A stretch of 64,000 bases of DNA, taken from contig JAWBDT010000001.1 in the NCBI GenBank assembly GCA_038821645.1, positions 32,001 to 96,000 on the forward strand, in the 5' to 3' direction. How positions within the stretch are numbered: position 1 is the stretch's first letter; the number at the start of each line of letters is the position of its first letter. Below are positions 1-9,988 of the stretch, piece after piece. The translations under genes were made by a program, and so were the position numbers. The notes below the pieces were generated by a model. That model made no database searches and had not been told where the DNA came from. It was given only the letters and a program-made list of their open reading frames with translations. The DNA is from Ignisphaera sp. GTDB taxonomy: Archaea > Thermoproteota > Thermoprotei_A > Sulfolobales > Ignisphaeraceae.

Positions 1-210
1 AGAGGAGAAGCTGATGTAGGTTTAACTCTTAGATATGTAGCTGATAGACATGGGTTAAAGTATATGCATGTTACATGGGAATTATACGAATGTTATGCAT
101 TAAAGAGTCGAAGCAATAGTTATATAGATAAATTCAAAAACATTCTTCATTCACAACAATTCAAATCCATATTAACCAAAATACCTGGTTACAGACCATA
201 CACAATTTAA
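1..210 (+). CDS. C-terminal fragment of a PBP-superfamily (molybdate-binding-like) domain protein, truncated by window start
   Basis: Frame 1 is open to TAA at 208-210 and reads RGEADVGLTLRYVADRHGLKYMHVTWEYYECY...IPGY. This resembles the GEADVG..A...GL....E.YD...GY end of PBP domains in MoeA/HTH fusions. Confidence 0.6.
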   Translation, partial: RGEADVGLTLRYVADRHGLKYMHVTWELYECYALKSRSNSYIDKFKNILHSQQFKSILTKIPGYRPYTI

Positions 211-283
211 CGAAACTATGATGTAGAGGTTTATTTAAACAATAATTTTGTATTAAAAAATAAAATCAATTTGTTAGAAATAC

Positions 284-1795
284 CTAATTCCGGTTGCCTC
301 GTTTCAGTAAGCTTAAGATAATGAATACCGTTAGTGCTAATGCTGTAGCAGGTAGTGTTGAATGGATCCACAGAACCCTGTACAGATATATGTACCATAG
401 GATTCCTGTCAAAGCTCCTATAACCATAGACGTTATGGCGCCTTCTTTTGTAGCTTTTCTCCAGTATATACCTATTGTTACAGGACCTATGAAGCATGCA
501 AATATTGTTCCAAAAGCGGCACTAACTATATCGATTATAAGTCTGTTTTCAATTAATGCAAGTGCTATAGGTATTAATGAGAAAGCTATTGCAGATAATT
601 TTGCTATACGGAGTAGTTTTTCCTCATCTTTTACATTCTTAGCTATCTGAACAATATCTCTCACGAGTGTATTAGAGAGTGTTAGAACAGTCAGAGCTAT
701 AGTTGACATTGATGCTGCAACAGGTGCTGCTAGAATCAAGCCTCTTACACCTATGGGAGCTATTAGCGATATTGTTTTAGGTATAACCCAATCAGTATCC
801 TTCATGAGCTGAGCAACTTCCTGAGCTGAGAGATGTTTATCTAGTATAAGGTGGCAGAAAGCTCCTAGTGAGAACATAAGAGATGCATAAATAGCTACAA
901 GTAGAGGTCCTATGAGTCTTCCTCGAGATATAGCTTTAACATCTCTAGCAGCATAGAACTGTATCAATAGGTTTGGTAAAGCTATTTGAGCCATACCTAT
1001 CGAGAAAGCTATACTCATTATTAGTATCGGAACAGCGTTTTTCTCCATAGCTGGTGGTGGTCCCATACCGTCGAGCTTTAACCATAGTGATCCAGGTTTA
1101 CCTGCAATAGTTGTTTGAGAAAGCTGTTGAATCCCGTTTATTGGTCCTCCTACATGGCTCATTATGTAGCTAAATGTTAGTATAGCGGCTATAATCATTA
1201 GCGATCCGAGGAACAGATTGTTTATAGCTGCAGCCTTCAGTCCACCGATAACGATATATATTATGACAGGTAGAGCTAGCAATAGTAGAGCGTAGTTGAG
1301 GTCTATTCCTAGCTGTGTCGAAAGTATTACTGCACCACCTTTGTAAACACTTACAAGATATAGTGTGAAGAGAGATATAATTATTGTAGCTGCTATAGCT
1401 CTGGCTAAGACACTTCTATATCTATGTTCTATTAGTTCCGGTATACTCATAACCTTGTTCTTAGAGACGTAGTCGAATAGCTTACCTGCTACAGCTATCC
1501 ATAGAATTACAACACCTATAACATGCCATGCTGTTAGCCATGCTCCAAACCCTAGATTGTATAGATAGGTAGCTCCTCCTCCACCTAGAAATGATGCAGC
1601 ACTAAAGTATGTAGCCATTATGGAGAATGCTAGTAGCCATGGACCTAGGGTCTTGTTGGCAAAGATGAATCCTGTGAGTGTCTTGCTAGCTCTATAGCCT
1701 ATGAACCCTATGGCTATAGTTAGACACATGACTGTGAATATTATGACTGTATCGATATTGATTGTAGAGCTGAACGCCACAATGAGTCTATTCAC
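284..1795 (-). CDS. Sodium:solute symporter (SSS family)
   Basis: 503 aa with ~13 hydrophobic segments; ATYFSAASFLG, YIVIGGLKA, AASMST and GIYWRKATKEGA motifs. Confidence 0.9.
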   Translation of the reverse strand: MNRLIVAFSSTINIDTVIIFTVMCLTIAIGFIGYRASKTLTGFIFANKTLGPWLLAFSIMATYFSAASFLGGGGATYLYNLGFGAWLTAWHVIGVVILWIAVAGKLFDYVSKNKVMSIPELIEHRYRSVLARAIAATIIISLFTLYLVSVYKGGAVILSTQLGIDLNYALLLLALPVIIYIVIGGLKAAAINNLFLGSLMIIAAILTFSYIMSHVGGPINGIQQLSQTTIAGKPGSLWLKLDGMGPPPAMEKNAVPILIMSIAFSIGMAQIALPNLLIQFYAARDVKAISRGRLIGPLLVAIYASLMFSLGAFCHLILDKHLSAQEVAQLMKDTDWVIPKTISLIAPIGVRGLILAAPVAASMSTIALTVLTLSNTLVRDIVQIAKNVKDEEKLLRIAKLSAIAFSLIPIALALIENRLIIDIVSAAFGTIFACFIGPVTIGIYWRKATKEGAITSMVIGALTGILWYIYLYRVLWIHSTLPATALALTVFIILSLLKRGNRN

Positions 1796-1898
1796 CCCTC
1801 AACTCTTTGTATACACTATATACTATACCTAGAATGAGTACCGCTAGAGATACTATGTATCCTAAAGCTATTGAGAGATCTAGCTCCACAATATTCAA
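1788..1898 (-). CDS. Small single-TM symporter accessory protein (36 aa), not in ORF track
   Basis: Reads (TTG)MNIVELDLSIALGYIVSLAVLILGIVYSVYKELRGE*; its end overlaps the GTG start of the SSS gene. Confidence 0.7.
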   Translation of the reverse strand: MNIVELDLSIALGYIVSLAVLILGIVYSVYKELRGE

Positions 1899-1982
1899 CA
1901 CCTAAGAAGCATACAATATAGTTGGGACCACTTAATAAACTTTACTTGTATATCTCTAAACACCTAGCTTATGTTCATTAAT

Positions 1983-2252
1983 CTATATCAGTCCATAGTC
2001 ATCTAGAAGATCTAGGACTTTCTTCAACTCTTCATAAAGCCTTATACCTTTATCTGTTATACGTATGAACCTAGTTTTTCCACTACTGTTCATCTCTATA
2101 ATTTTTCTCTCCTCTAGTTCCCTCAAAAGCTTTACAAGTCTGTCGTAGGGCATGTTGACGAGGGTTGCTAGTTTAGTTGGATTTGTTTCACCTTGAATAA
2201 GAATCTCGAGAACTTTGAACACTATCTCAATCCTACTTCGCTTTCTGCCCAT
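1983..2252 (-). CDS. Winged-helix DNA-binding protein (archaeal RSRxEI / HTH_45-like)
   Basis: KRSRIEIV..., TKLATLVNMPY helix-turn-helix, ITDKG wing motif. Confidence 0.85.
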   Translation of the reverse strand: MGRKRSRIEIVFKVLEILIQGETNPTKLATLVNMPYDRLVKLLRELEERKIIEMNSSGKTRFIRITDKGIRLYEELKKVLDLLDDYGLI

Positions 2253-2797
2253 AGCCTTGATACCTTTAGACTATTGTGTACAGCTAGAGCAACAGCTGAT
2301 GTACTTCTTACAGATTCAGAGATTAGTAGAAGTATGGGTGTAAACTCAACACTAGCTACTACAGCTAATGCTCTCAAATAGTATGATAGAGAAAGCATTA
2401 AAAGAAACAATCTAATAGATCTTTTAGCTTCTATAGCTACATAAGATGAAAGTAAACCTGCTACAATATCGGGAACTAGTATCAATAAAATTGTTGGCAT
2501 CATAATGTACATTTTATTCTCTATATGTCTCTGAAGAATCATTATAGTAAAACTCGCAATAGCTGTAGTAGCTGTTGCTACATATAGAGCTGTAGCTATC
2601 CTTATATCGCTAGAGAGTATAGAGAGAAGCACACATAATTGACTAAGCGAGAGAAACATAAAAGATAGGAAGGCTAGTGCAAGTTCATCTCCACCAATCT
2701 CTCTATAGATCTGTAGAAACCTTAGAGCTGTATAGAGGAAGGCTGTAAAACCTATCAACTCTAAACAAATTAGTACTAGACCATAGAGCAATAACAA
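2222..2797 (-). CDS. Multi-pass membrane protein, hypothetical
   Basis: 191 aa with ~6 TM segments; overlaps the wHTH start. Confidence 0.7.
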   Translation of the reverse strand: MLLLYGLVLICLELIGFTAFLYTALRFLQIYREIGGDELALAFLSFMFLSLSQLCVLLSILSSDIRIATALYVATATTAIASFTIMILQRHIENKMYIMMPTILLILVPDIVAGLLSSYVAIEAKRSIRLFLLMLSLSYYLRALAVVASVEFTPILLLISESVRSTSAVALAVHNSLKVSRLWAESEVGLR

Positions 2798-2802
2798 TCA
2801 CC

Positions 2803-3285
2803 TCAACGAGGTATATACACAAACCTTATACTATCCATATAAACCTCTACGGGTATAAACATCAATCCTCTAGGCGTTCTAAATAGATAGCCTATGGAAA
2901 CAACCTTTGTACCATTCATGTATCTGGCGAGTTCCTCTCCATCAATATACTTCTCTTCATCTAAAGACTTATATCTAGACATAAACATAATGGGCACAAG
3001 ATCACCATTAACCACTAAAACACCTACTTTAGAATCTCTCCACATAAAAAATCCCTTAATCATGATTCTAGAACCTCTGAGAGCTGTATACCCATAAACT
3101 CCGTGGATAAACCTTGGAGGTGGTCTAGGAATAGATAGATACTGAAATGCATCTTCAACTATTTGCTCAACAGGTTCTTGCTGATCTATTGGATAGGTCA
3201 AGTATACTGCTAGCGGTATAGATAGAACTATTAATACAGATGCTATAGAGAGCATCACTATAGCCATTCTATCCATAAGCTTCAC
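2803..3285 (-). CDS. Membrane-anchored hypothetical protein
   Basis: N-terminal TM followed by a beta-rich domain; operonic spacing. Confidence 0.65.
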   Translation of the reverse strand: MKLMDRMAIVMLSIASVLIVLSIPLAVYLTYPIDQQEPVEQIVEDAFQYLSIPRPPPRFIHGVYGYTALRGSRIMIKGFFMWRDSKVGVLVVNGDLVPIMFMSRYKSLDEEKYIDGEELARYMNGTKVVSIGYLFRTPRGLMFIPVEVYMDSIRFVYIPR

Positions 3286-3335
3286 AGCATAGCTACAGAA
3301 TATATGTTCAGATGTATATAAAAATACTGTTTAGA

Positions 3336-3854
3336 CTATCTTATAACACTATCATCATCTAGAGCCTCAATCCACATACTACTGAATCTATCACTAATTG
3401 ACATTCTGTTTTTCAAGATTCTTTCACACTTAACAATCTCTATAACAAATCCATTAATTACATCTATATAAACTATAGTCCTATTTTCACCATTTTTAGC
3501 TAGTATAACAACAGCTTTATCTGCTCTCATAACGATAGAACCATCTCCTTGAACAACGAACCTCACAATAGGTTTGATTACAGTTATACTATACCCGTTT
3601 TCAAGTAGAGTAGAGGCATTGGGGTCAGATCTAAGTATATTTTCGATTCTAGTTCTATACTCATCACTAACCTCTACAATATAATGTCTCAGTATTTCTC
3701 TACTCAATCTAAATCTATAGAACCATCTAGATTTATCCTCGATAGCGTTTGGTATATTTCCTATATTGTATTGAGCATAAGCATAGCTTAGGGTAACTAC
3801 TATAGCAATAGCTATGACTATTATAGCTACTAAGAGTATAGGTCTTCTGTGCAT
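3336..3854 (-). CDS. Exported hypothetical protein
   Basis: Signal-peptide-like N-terminus (MHRRPILLVAIIVIAIAIVVTLSYAYA); GGTGA SD-like sequence upstream. Confidence 0.7.
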   Translation of the reverse strand: MHRRPILLVAIIVIAIAIVVTLSYAYAQYNIGNIPNAIEDKSRWFYRFRLSREILRHYIVEVSDEYRTRIENILRSDPNASTLLENGYSITVIKPIVRFVVQGDGSIVMRADKAVVILAKNGENRTIVYIDVINGFVIEIVKCERILKNRMSISDRFSSMWIEALDDDSVIR

Positions 3855-4305
3855 AAAATTTCACCTGTTCATGGAGTAAAAGTTATAGCAAAGTATTTAA
3901 GTAGGACTCACAGAATGTGTGGAATTATCTACTGAGTTATTCACAAACATCTAGAATCATATCATCGATGCATACTCTTGTGTAATAATCTATACATCTT
4001 ACAAATGAGGGTAATGTCGTATGTAGAAACAGCTATACTAGATAAGACGTGTAAATACAATCACACATATATCTTTAATATGTCTTATGGCTATACATAA
4101 AGTACAGCTTAACTTGAATGAGAGACCTTTAGTACAATTCATAACAAATGTTGTAATGATCAAGACAAAAGTCGCTAATGAAACACATAAAGGAATTATG
4201 GTATAGCGGTAACCGATCACGAGAGTACTTACTACGGGGAGATTCAGTAAATAGTATCTATGTTTCTCTTCCAGAATCCGTTTATTAAGTATTATACAGA
4301 GCTTA

Positions 4306-4977
4306 CTAGGGATAGTGAGATGTGTATAGTTTACCGTTTACTAGAAGTAGATCTTTATCAGAATTATAGTTTTGGTATAGATCTGTAGTTGTTATGATAA
4401 TTGCTGTACCTTTCTCATCTATATATTTTCGAAATATCTCCATAACTTTGTGTGCTGTATTGTCATCTAGGTTCGAGATAGGCTCATCACCTACAACTAG
4501 TATAGGGTCTTTGACAAGTGCTCTAGCTATAGCTATCCTCTGTTTTTCACCACCACTCAATTCATCTGGATATCTATACATCTTATCTTCTAAACCAAGG
4601 TATGCTAGAATATCGCTAACCTTTTTTCTTCTTTCGTTTCTTGGTATTCCTAGAAGTTTGAGTGGTAACTCAACATTATCTGCAACGCTTATCGATGGTA
4701 TTAACTTGAACATTTGGTCTATGTAGCCTATGTATTTAAGTCTCAGAAAAGCTCTTTCACTTTCATTTATATCTGTTATATCTCTATTCATAAACTCTAG
4801 AGAACCTTCATCAGGTTTAATGAGAAGAGATATGATTTTAGCTAAAGTTGTTTTACCTACACCACTTCTACCTCTAACAACAACTAGTTCTCCAGCTTCT
4901 ACAGCTAGATCTACATTATCTAAGATCTTTTCTCTTCCCATCCACTTAACTATAGACAATAATCTGATTATATACAT
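4306..4977 (-). CDS. ABC transporter ATP-binding protein, LolD/MacB-like
   Basis: Walker A GRSGVGKT, signature LSGGEKQR, Walker B GDEP; H-loop reads TTTD. Confidence 0.92.
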   Translation of the reverse strand: MYIIRLLSIVKWMGREKILDNVDLAVEAGELVVVRGRSGVGKTTLAKIISLLIKPDEGSLEFMNRDITDINESERAFLRLKYIGYIDQMFKLIPSISVADNVELPLKLLGIPRNERRKKVSDILAYLGLEDKMYRYPDELSGGEKQRIAIARALVKDPILVVGDEPISNLDDNTAHKVMEIFRKYIDEKGTAIIITTTDLYQNYNSDKDLLLVNGKLYTSHYP

Positions 4978-4982
4978 AGTCT

Positions 4983-6587
4983 CTACCTCATTAACAATCC
5001 TAATACTGTTCTACAATCATAAACTCTATTCAATGTATTAATGTACATCACCATACTCTTTATGTTGTGTATCGTTAGAGATATTGCATATCCTTTATCG
5101 AAGTTATCTCTATAGAGAATAACTAGAGAATCTCTATAGCTTCTATTGGTGTAAAGGTAGTTGATTAGAGCAAGAGGATATACAGATCTTCTGCTACCCA
5201 TAAAGTAGAATACTTTAGCATCTCCTAGAATCTTGGTGTTATCTATAGATGAGATATACATATAGTTTAAGCTATGTACTTCTGATTCTCTATAGATCCA
5301 GTAGAAAATAGTCCTATCTCTACCTAAAACAATGTTGTATACACTAATTACGTTCATCAACACAGTTATCGAAACTATGAAGAATATAAAGATCTTTAAA
5401 ATACTGTTGCGAATTCTAGAGACAATGTATCCCATGAGAAACGAACTCATTAACGGAAGATAGTTTAGAATTCTGTGGAATATCTCCATAAGCTCTGGTC
5501 GACTGAAATATATATACATAATGTTTATAGAAAGTGCTGTAGCTATCCCCAAAACTAAGGCTCTATCTATATCCATTTCTTTAGGTAAGAAACAGAAAAG
5601 CGGTAGCGGTATAGCTAGAGGTACTATGTATGGAACAATATCGATTCTTTCAAAAGTTACTCCATAAGCCAGTGAATAGACAATGATAGCTACAGTCATG
5701 AATATGACTATAGAGGTTATAGAGAGAGTAGAGGTTTTTCCGATACCAAGTTGGATAACCAGAGCATAGCTTATATAGACAAATAATGTGTAGAATACAT
5801 ATAGAGCTATATCCTCAACAGCTATTCTATATCTAAAACCATATCCACCGTAAATAAAATAGTAAAGAGCGAACACTATTGCAAAAATACTTGAAGAAGA
5901 TATAAATAGTTTGAATCCTTTCCATACATCTTCTCGTTTCTTCGGCTTTTCTACGATATAGTAGATCATTACTATAAGTATAGTGCTGATCATAAACTCT
6001 AGAGTTAGAAGCGATGTAAAGTGATGTGTAGTAGATATTGTTATGAAGAGAAGAAATAGAATAAAGTAAGTAGCGAAATCAATTCTTCTCCTCTCTATCG
6101 AGACAACCATAGTCAAAAGGATTAGATAGAGAAAAACATGGGCATAGACCTCTTTGAGTATAGATGACGAGAATAAGGCTAGAGATGGTGTAGATACATA
6201 GTACAACGTTATGGCAATGGCTACACCCTTACGAAGATTTACAGTATTCATTAAGAGGTATATAGAGAGTATCTGTATAGATGTTACAACTATCACATAT
6301 AGGTAGCGATAGATTATCTCTACGTTTGTTCCAGTCACTAGCGAGTATATCGCTATAGATATAGGTAAACCTGGCCACCTATTGTTGTATCCATCAAAGT
6401 GATCATCCATCCATATACGTACTTCAGGATTCTCGACAATAGTTCTACTCACTTTTATCAAAGGCCATACATCTGTTGAAAAAGGCTGGTTATAGACTGT
6501 TGTAGGAGTGACTCTAAGTATTACGGCAAAAACTATGGTTGCTAAAAGAGCTATAGATGCTCTATATAGTTTCTTCTCTATATCCAT
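4983..6587 (-). CDS. Polytopic membrane protein, GT-C/DUF2206-like
   Basis: 534 aa, >12 TMs; first external loop STDVW...YNNRWPG, THHFTS, C-terminal soluble domain ending NRVYD. Confidence 0.55.
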   Translation of the reverse strand: MDIEKKLYRASIALLATIVFAVILRVTPTTVYNQPFSTDVWPLIKVSRTIVENPEVRIWMDDHFDGYNNRWPGLPISIAIYSLVTGTNVEIIYRYLYVIVVTSIQILSIYLLMNTVNLRKGVAIAITLYYVSTPSLALFSSSILKEVYAHVFLYLILLTMVVSIERRRIDFATYFILFLLFITISTTHHFTSLLTLEFMISTILIVMIYYIVEKPKKREDVWKGFKLFISSSSIFAIVFALYYFIYGGYGFRYRIAVEDIALYVFYTLFVYISYALVIQLGIGKTSTLSITSIVIFMTVAIIVYSLAYGVTFERIDIVPYIVPLAIPLPLFCFLPKEMDIDRALVLGIATALSINIMYIYFSRPELMEIFHRILNYLPLMSSFLMGYIVSRIRNSILKIFIFFIVSITVLMNVISVYNIVLGRDRTIFYWIYRESEVHSLNYMYISSIDNTKILGDAKVFYFMGSRRSVYPLALINYLYTNRSYRDSLVILYRDNFDKGYAISLTIHNIKSMVMYINTLNRVYDCRTVLGLLMR

Positions 6588-7734
6588 GTATCTTCACCGT
6601 AGCAAGTCCAATGAGTGTGAAGAATAGTATGTATATTGATGTAGCTAGAAGGATATCCTTTGATATAGCTACCTTAAGTGGATAACCTACTATTGTTAGA
6701 GAAATAATGTTTGAGAGCATTTTAGTAGTTATTAACGATAGCTTTATTGATGTAGCTATAAATATGACTAGAACTATGGCTAGAGATATCTTTATCTTGA
6801 TACTAGATACACCTTGCTCATACAGTATCTCAAGATTATGGCTATTCATTGTAGCAATTGATTGACCAATCATGTATAGACCTATAGACATTATGAAGGC
6901 TGTTGCAAAAGAGATGAGTATGTAGATATCTCTAGGTAAACCTAGTCTAGATACAAGCATTTCAGTCATATGCTCATATACATGAGGCCTGATTTCTCTA
7001 CCAATATACTTTAAAGCTACAATAGCTCTCTCCATTAGAGACATTCTATCTCTATCTAGACCAAGTCTCTCAACAAAAACTAGATAATCTTCTCTCGAGC
7101 TAAACACTACAACAGCCATAGATACATAGCCTTTAGCTACACCTCTGATAGATTGTGCCAAACTTATCGAGGATAAGAGTTCATAATTATATGGATAACC
7201 AGCATCTATTATCCCTGAGACTCTTAGGATAAGGGGTATAGACAAGAAAGGAGATGAGAGTACTATAACATCTCCAACATGTATGTTAAGCTCTTCAGCA
7301 ATATTTTTGCCTACCCATATGCAGTAAAAACAATGTCCATCTATATCTCTACCATCAATGATTCTATAGTCTGCAATAATCTTAAGATCTTTAGCTTCGA
7401 TACCTCTAACAATTACAGCTCTAGAGTTATTGATATAGGCTATCACTAGGATTTGATAGAAAATGTATTCAACATCTTGAACATCCCTAAGCATGTTTCC
7501 GAGAACATCTGTAGATACAAGTGATGTGAAGGGAGCAAGAGCATAACTAGAGACCACTACTACAGGTTTTTCTCTAAATACCTCAGGATATACTATCACT
7601 TCATAGATGTTGTACAGAGACTGTAGATAACCTAAAACAGTTAGTAGAACTGTAGATATAATAAGCATGGATGTGAATATGAGAATACAGCTTTTAATGT
7701 TTATGAGTTTTAGTATCTCTATCAACCATCTCAA
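6562..7734 (-). CDS. FtsX/MacB-like ABC permease
   Basis: N-terminal TM, large extracellular domain (VRGIE, GKNIAEELNIHVGD), C-terminal TMs. Confidence 0.75.
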   Translation of the reverse strand: MRWLIEILKLINIKSCILIFTSMLIISTVLLTVLGYLQSLYNIYEVIVYPEVFREKPVVVVSSYALAPFTSLVSTDVLGNMLRDVQDVEYIFYQILVIAYINNSRAVIVRGIEAKDLKIIADYRIIDGRDIDGHCFYCIWVGKNIAEELNIHVGDVIVLSSPFLSIPLILRVSGIIDAGYPYNYELLSSISLAQSIRGVAKGYVSMAVVVFSSREDYLVFVERLGLDRDRMSLMERAIVALKYIGREIRPHVYEHMTEMLVSRLGLPRDIYILISFATAFIMSIGLYMIGQSIATMNSHNLEILYEQGVSSIKIKISLAIVLVIFIATSIKLSLITTKMLSNIISLTIVGYPLKVAISKDILLATSIYILFFTLIGLATVKIHGYREETI

Positions 7735-8723
7735 GACCTATCACCAGTTCTTCTAATAATTATTGCTACAGACAAGGTTACGACCAACAGATTTATTGCT
7801 ATAGGTATCGCTAATGAACTAAATACAGGTAGAGAAACAGCAAACATATATATACCTAGGAGCTTCAAGATCCATAGACCTATATGTAGAGCTACAACAC
7901 CTACTGAAACACCATAGAGTATACCTACACATGCTATAGATAGGACAGCTAGATAGAAGCATAGTTCTATAGATCCTCTATCTAGACCTATATTATAGAG
8001 TACCGATATCTCATCTCTATATAGGTTCCACACTCTATCTATAGCTAGATACATAGCTATGAGGTAAGGAGCTACAGTAAATATAGAGAGAAATCTTGCA
8101 ATAGATTCTATACTTTTGCCAAGGTCTTCAACTATACCTTGTATTGAGTAGTTATAGTAGCCTCTACAGAAGTTAATGGTATGTCCATAACCATCTATAT
8201 TATTTGTAATAGCTATATAGCCTAGATATTCATTGCCATCGTGTAAAGCTATAACAGTTCTATTGATACAATAACCCTCTATACATATAGTAATATCTGA
8301 ATCTACATCTATGTCATAGAGTTCAGCTATACTTCGACCTATAGAGAGAAAATGCTTATAACCATTTCTTATCTGTTTAAGTATCTTGATACTCATGATC
8401 TCTTTATATGTATCGAGATTGTCTACAGAGTGTATCTGTATGGAGAAGCTCTTATTTTTATAAACAATATCCGCATAGAGAACACGAACCACTGCACAGT
8501 TGCTGTAATAAGTCATATCCACATAAACTGAAGTCTGTCTACTATAGAGATCTAGAATCAATTCAGTCTGTCTATATAGAGTCATTATAGAGCTAGAGAA
8601 AACTGTCACTATAGCTATCGGTAACGATATAGAGATTATAAAAAGAAGAAAGGCTTTACTACGCAAGAAAATAGCTAGCAACACTATGAATGTATGTACT
8701 AAAACTCTAAGACTGTTACCCAT
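7731..8723 (-). CDS. FtsX/MacB-like ABC permease (second subunit)
   Basis: Same topology as its neighbour; GRSIAELYDI and RDEISVLYNIG motifs. Confidence 0.7.
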   Translation of the reverse strand: MGNSLRVLVHTFIVLLAIFLRSKAFLLFIISISLPIAIVTVFSSSIMTLYRQTELILDLYSRQTSVYVDMTYYSNCAVVRVLYADIVYKNKSFSIQIHSVDNLDTYKEIMSIKILKQIRNGYKHFLSIGRSIAELYDIDVDSDITICIEGYCINRTVIALHDGNEYLGYIAITNNIDGYGHTINFCRGYYNYSIQGIVEDLGKSIESIARFLSIFTVAPYLIAMYLAIDRVWNLYRDEISVLYNIGLDRGSIELCFYLAVLSIACVGILYGVSVGVVALHIGLWILKLLGIYMFAVSLPVFSSLAIPIAINLLVVTLSVAIIIRRTGDRS

Positions 8724-8988
8724 AATATCTAGCCAAATCCTCTTATACGATTACACTAAGATATAGACCCAATAAATAAACTAAAATGTCTCATAGATAT
8801 AAAAACTCAATTAATTGATTCTAGAATGCATAGAAAATGATATAATCTGTATAAGATCTTATTCAGAGGCTGTAGTGGTTATGATCAAGAACAGAACTAG
8901 TGAATTGAGGGAATAAAATCCAGTAACAATGATTCATGTGTATACTTATTGTGTCATCTATCTGCAGTAATTTCTCTAGGTTACTGTT

Positions 8989-9783
8989 CTAGCGATTTCT
9001 TTTCATTTCTTCATAAGTAACTATACCTATGGCTACAGCTAGCACTATAAGTATCAAGAAGTAAGCCATTCCACTCCATGTATATATAGGTTTGTTCCAA
9101 AGATAGAAAGGTGAAGGAAAATCCCATGTGAAAAATCTTTCATTAGCAACTTCAGCAACTAGGTTTATCCATATATAGTTGGCTATAAGCATCACTATAT
9201 ATAGCTCTAGAACCAAGAGTATCCAGAAAACAGATCTTCTGGCTCTATTCATGTTCTTTATCTTCTCTATCTTTGTTAAAGCTGTTCTAGCTATAAAGAC
9301 AAGAGTTATTATAAAACTGAGAAAAGCTGTAGCTATATACATCAAGTCTCCCCAGACTAGATAGAGAGCTGTATCAGGTTTTGGATCTACTCTATCTACA
9401 CCCCTTATATTGGCTCTAAATATCTCGTACCAAATCCAGTTAGCAAGAAGAAGAACTGTGTACAGAGTTACAGCTATCACGAACCTAGACTTCGGCATAC
9501 CCAAAGCTTTAGCTAGAAGTACTGTAAACACTAATAGAACTGTGTAGGATGAGAACACTATAACAGATATAACCAGATCTATCCAGAACCATGAAGGTGC
9601 ATAAAATATGTAGAGAATAGATGGAACAAGTCTCTCCATATGAAGCCTCCAATCTATATTAAGTTTATAGATCTCCCACCACCAAACACATCCTGAAATA
9701 ATAAGCATATGTGTAAACAAAGCTATAGATAAACCAATAAGGATATCTCTAACACTAACACCATCAGGAACACTATTCCCCAT
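8989..9783 (-). CDS. Multi-pass membrane protein, hypothetical
   Basis: 264 aa, ~6 TMs, Trp-rich. Confidence 0.7.
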   Translation of the reverse strand: MGNSVPDGVSVRDILIGLSIALFTHMLIISGCVWWWEIYKLNIDWRLHMERLVPSILYIFYAPSWFWIDLVISVIVFSSYTVLLVFTVLLAKALGMPKSRFVIAVTLYTVLLLANWIWYEIFRANIRGVDRVDPKPDTALYLVWGDLMYIATAFLSFIITLVFIARTALTKIEKIKNMNRARRSVFWILLVLELYIVMLIANYIWINLVAEVANERFFTWDFPSPFYLWNKPIYTWSGMAYFLILIVLAVAIGIVTYEEMKRNR

Positions 9784-9988
9784 ATCTCTTAACCATATTA
9801 CCTATGTTTATGATCTAAATTAAATTTAGAGAGGCTATGCCTCTGATGATCGACTACATAGAATTGACTTAGAAACAAGTACTACACTCTACATGTAGTG
9901 TAAGTTATTTCGCTTAGTAGTCTATCCATAAGGCTCTTAAACTTAAGTACCTTCTAGGGATTGAGAGATATGATCTAGGTGTTTATTT

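Noticed and set aside
4038-4220. 60-aa ORF in the gap between the ABC ATPase and the wHTH operon
   Set aside because: No motif or clear start context; probably spurious.
9814-9898. Short palindromes (TCTAAAT-N3-ATTTAGA, AGAGGC-TAT-GCCTCT, CTACATGTAG) and a CTGATGA C-box-like word upstream of moxR
   Set aside because: The arms are short in a palindrome-rich genome, and no C' or terminal CTGA D box follows.
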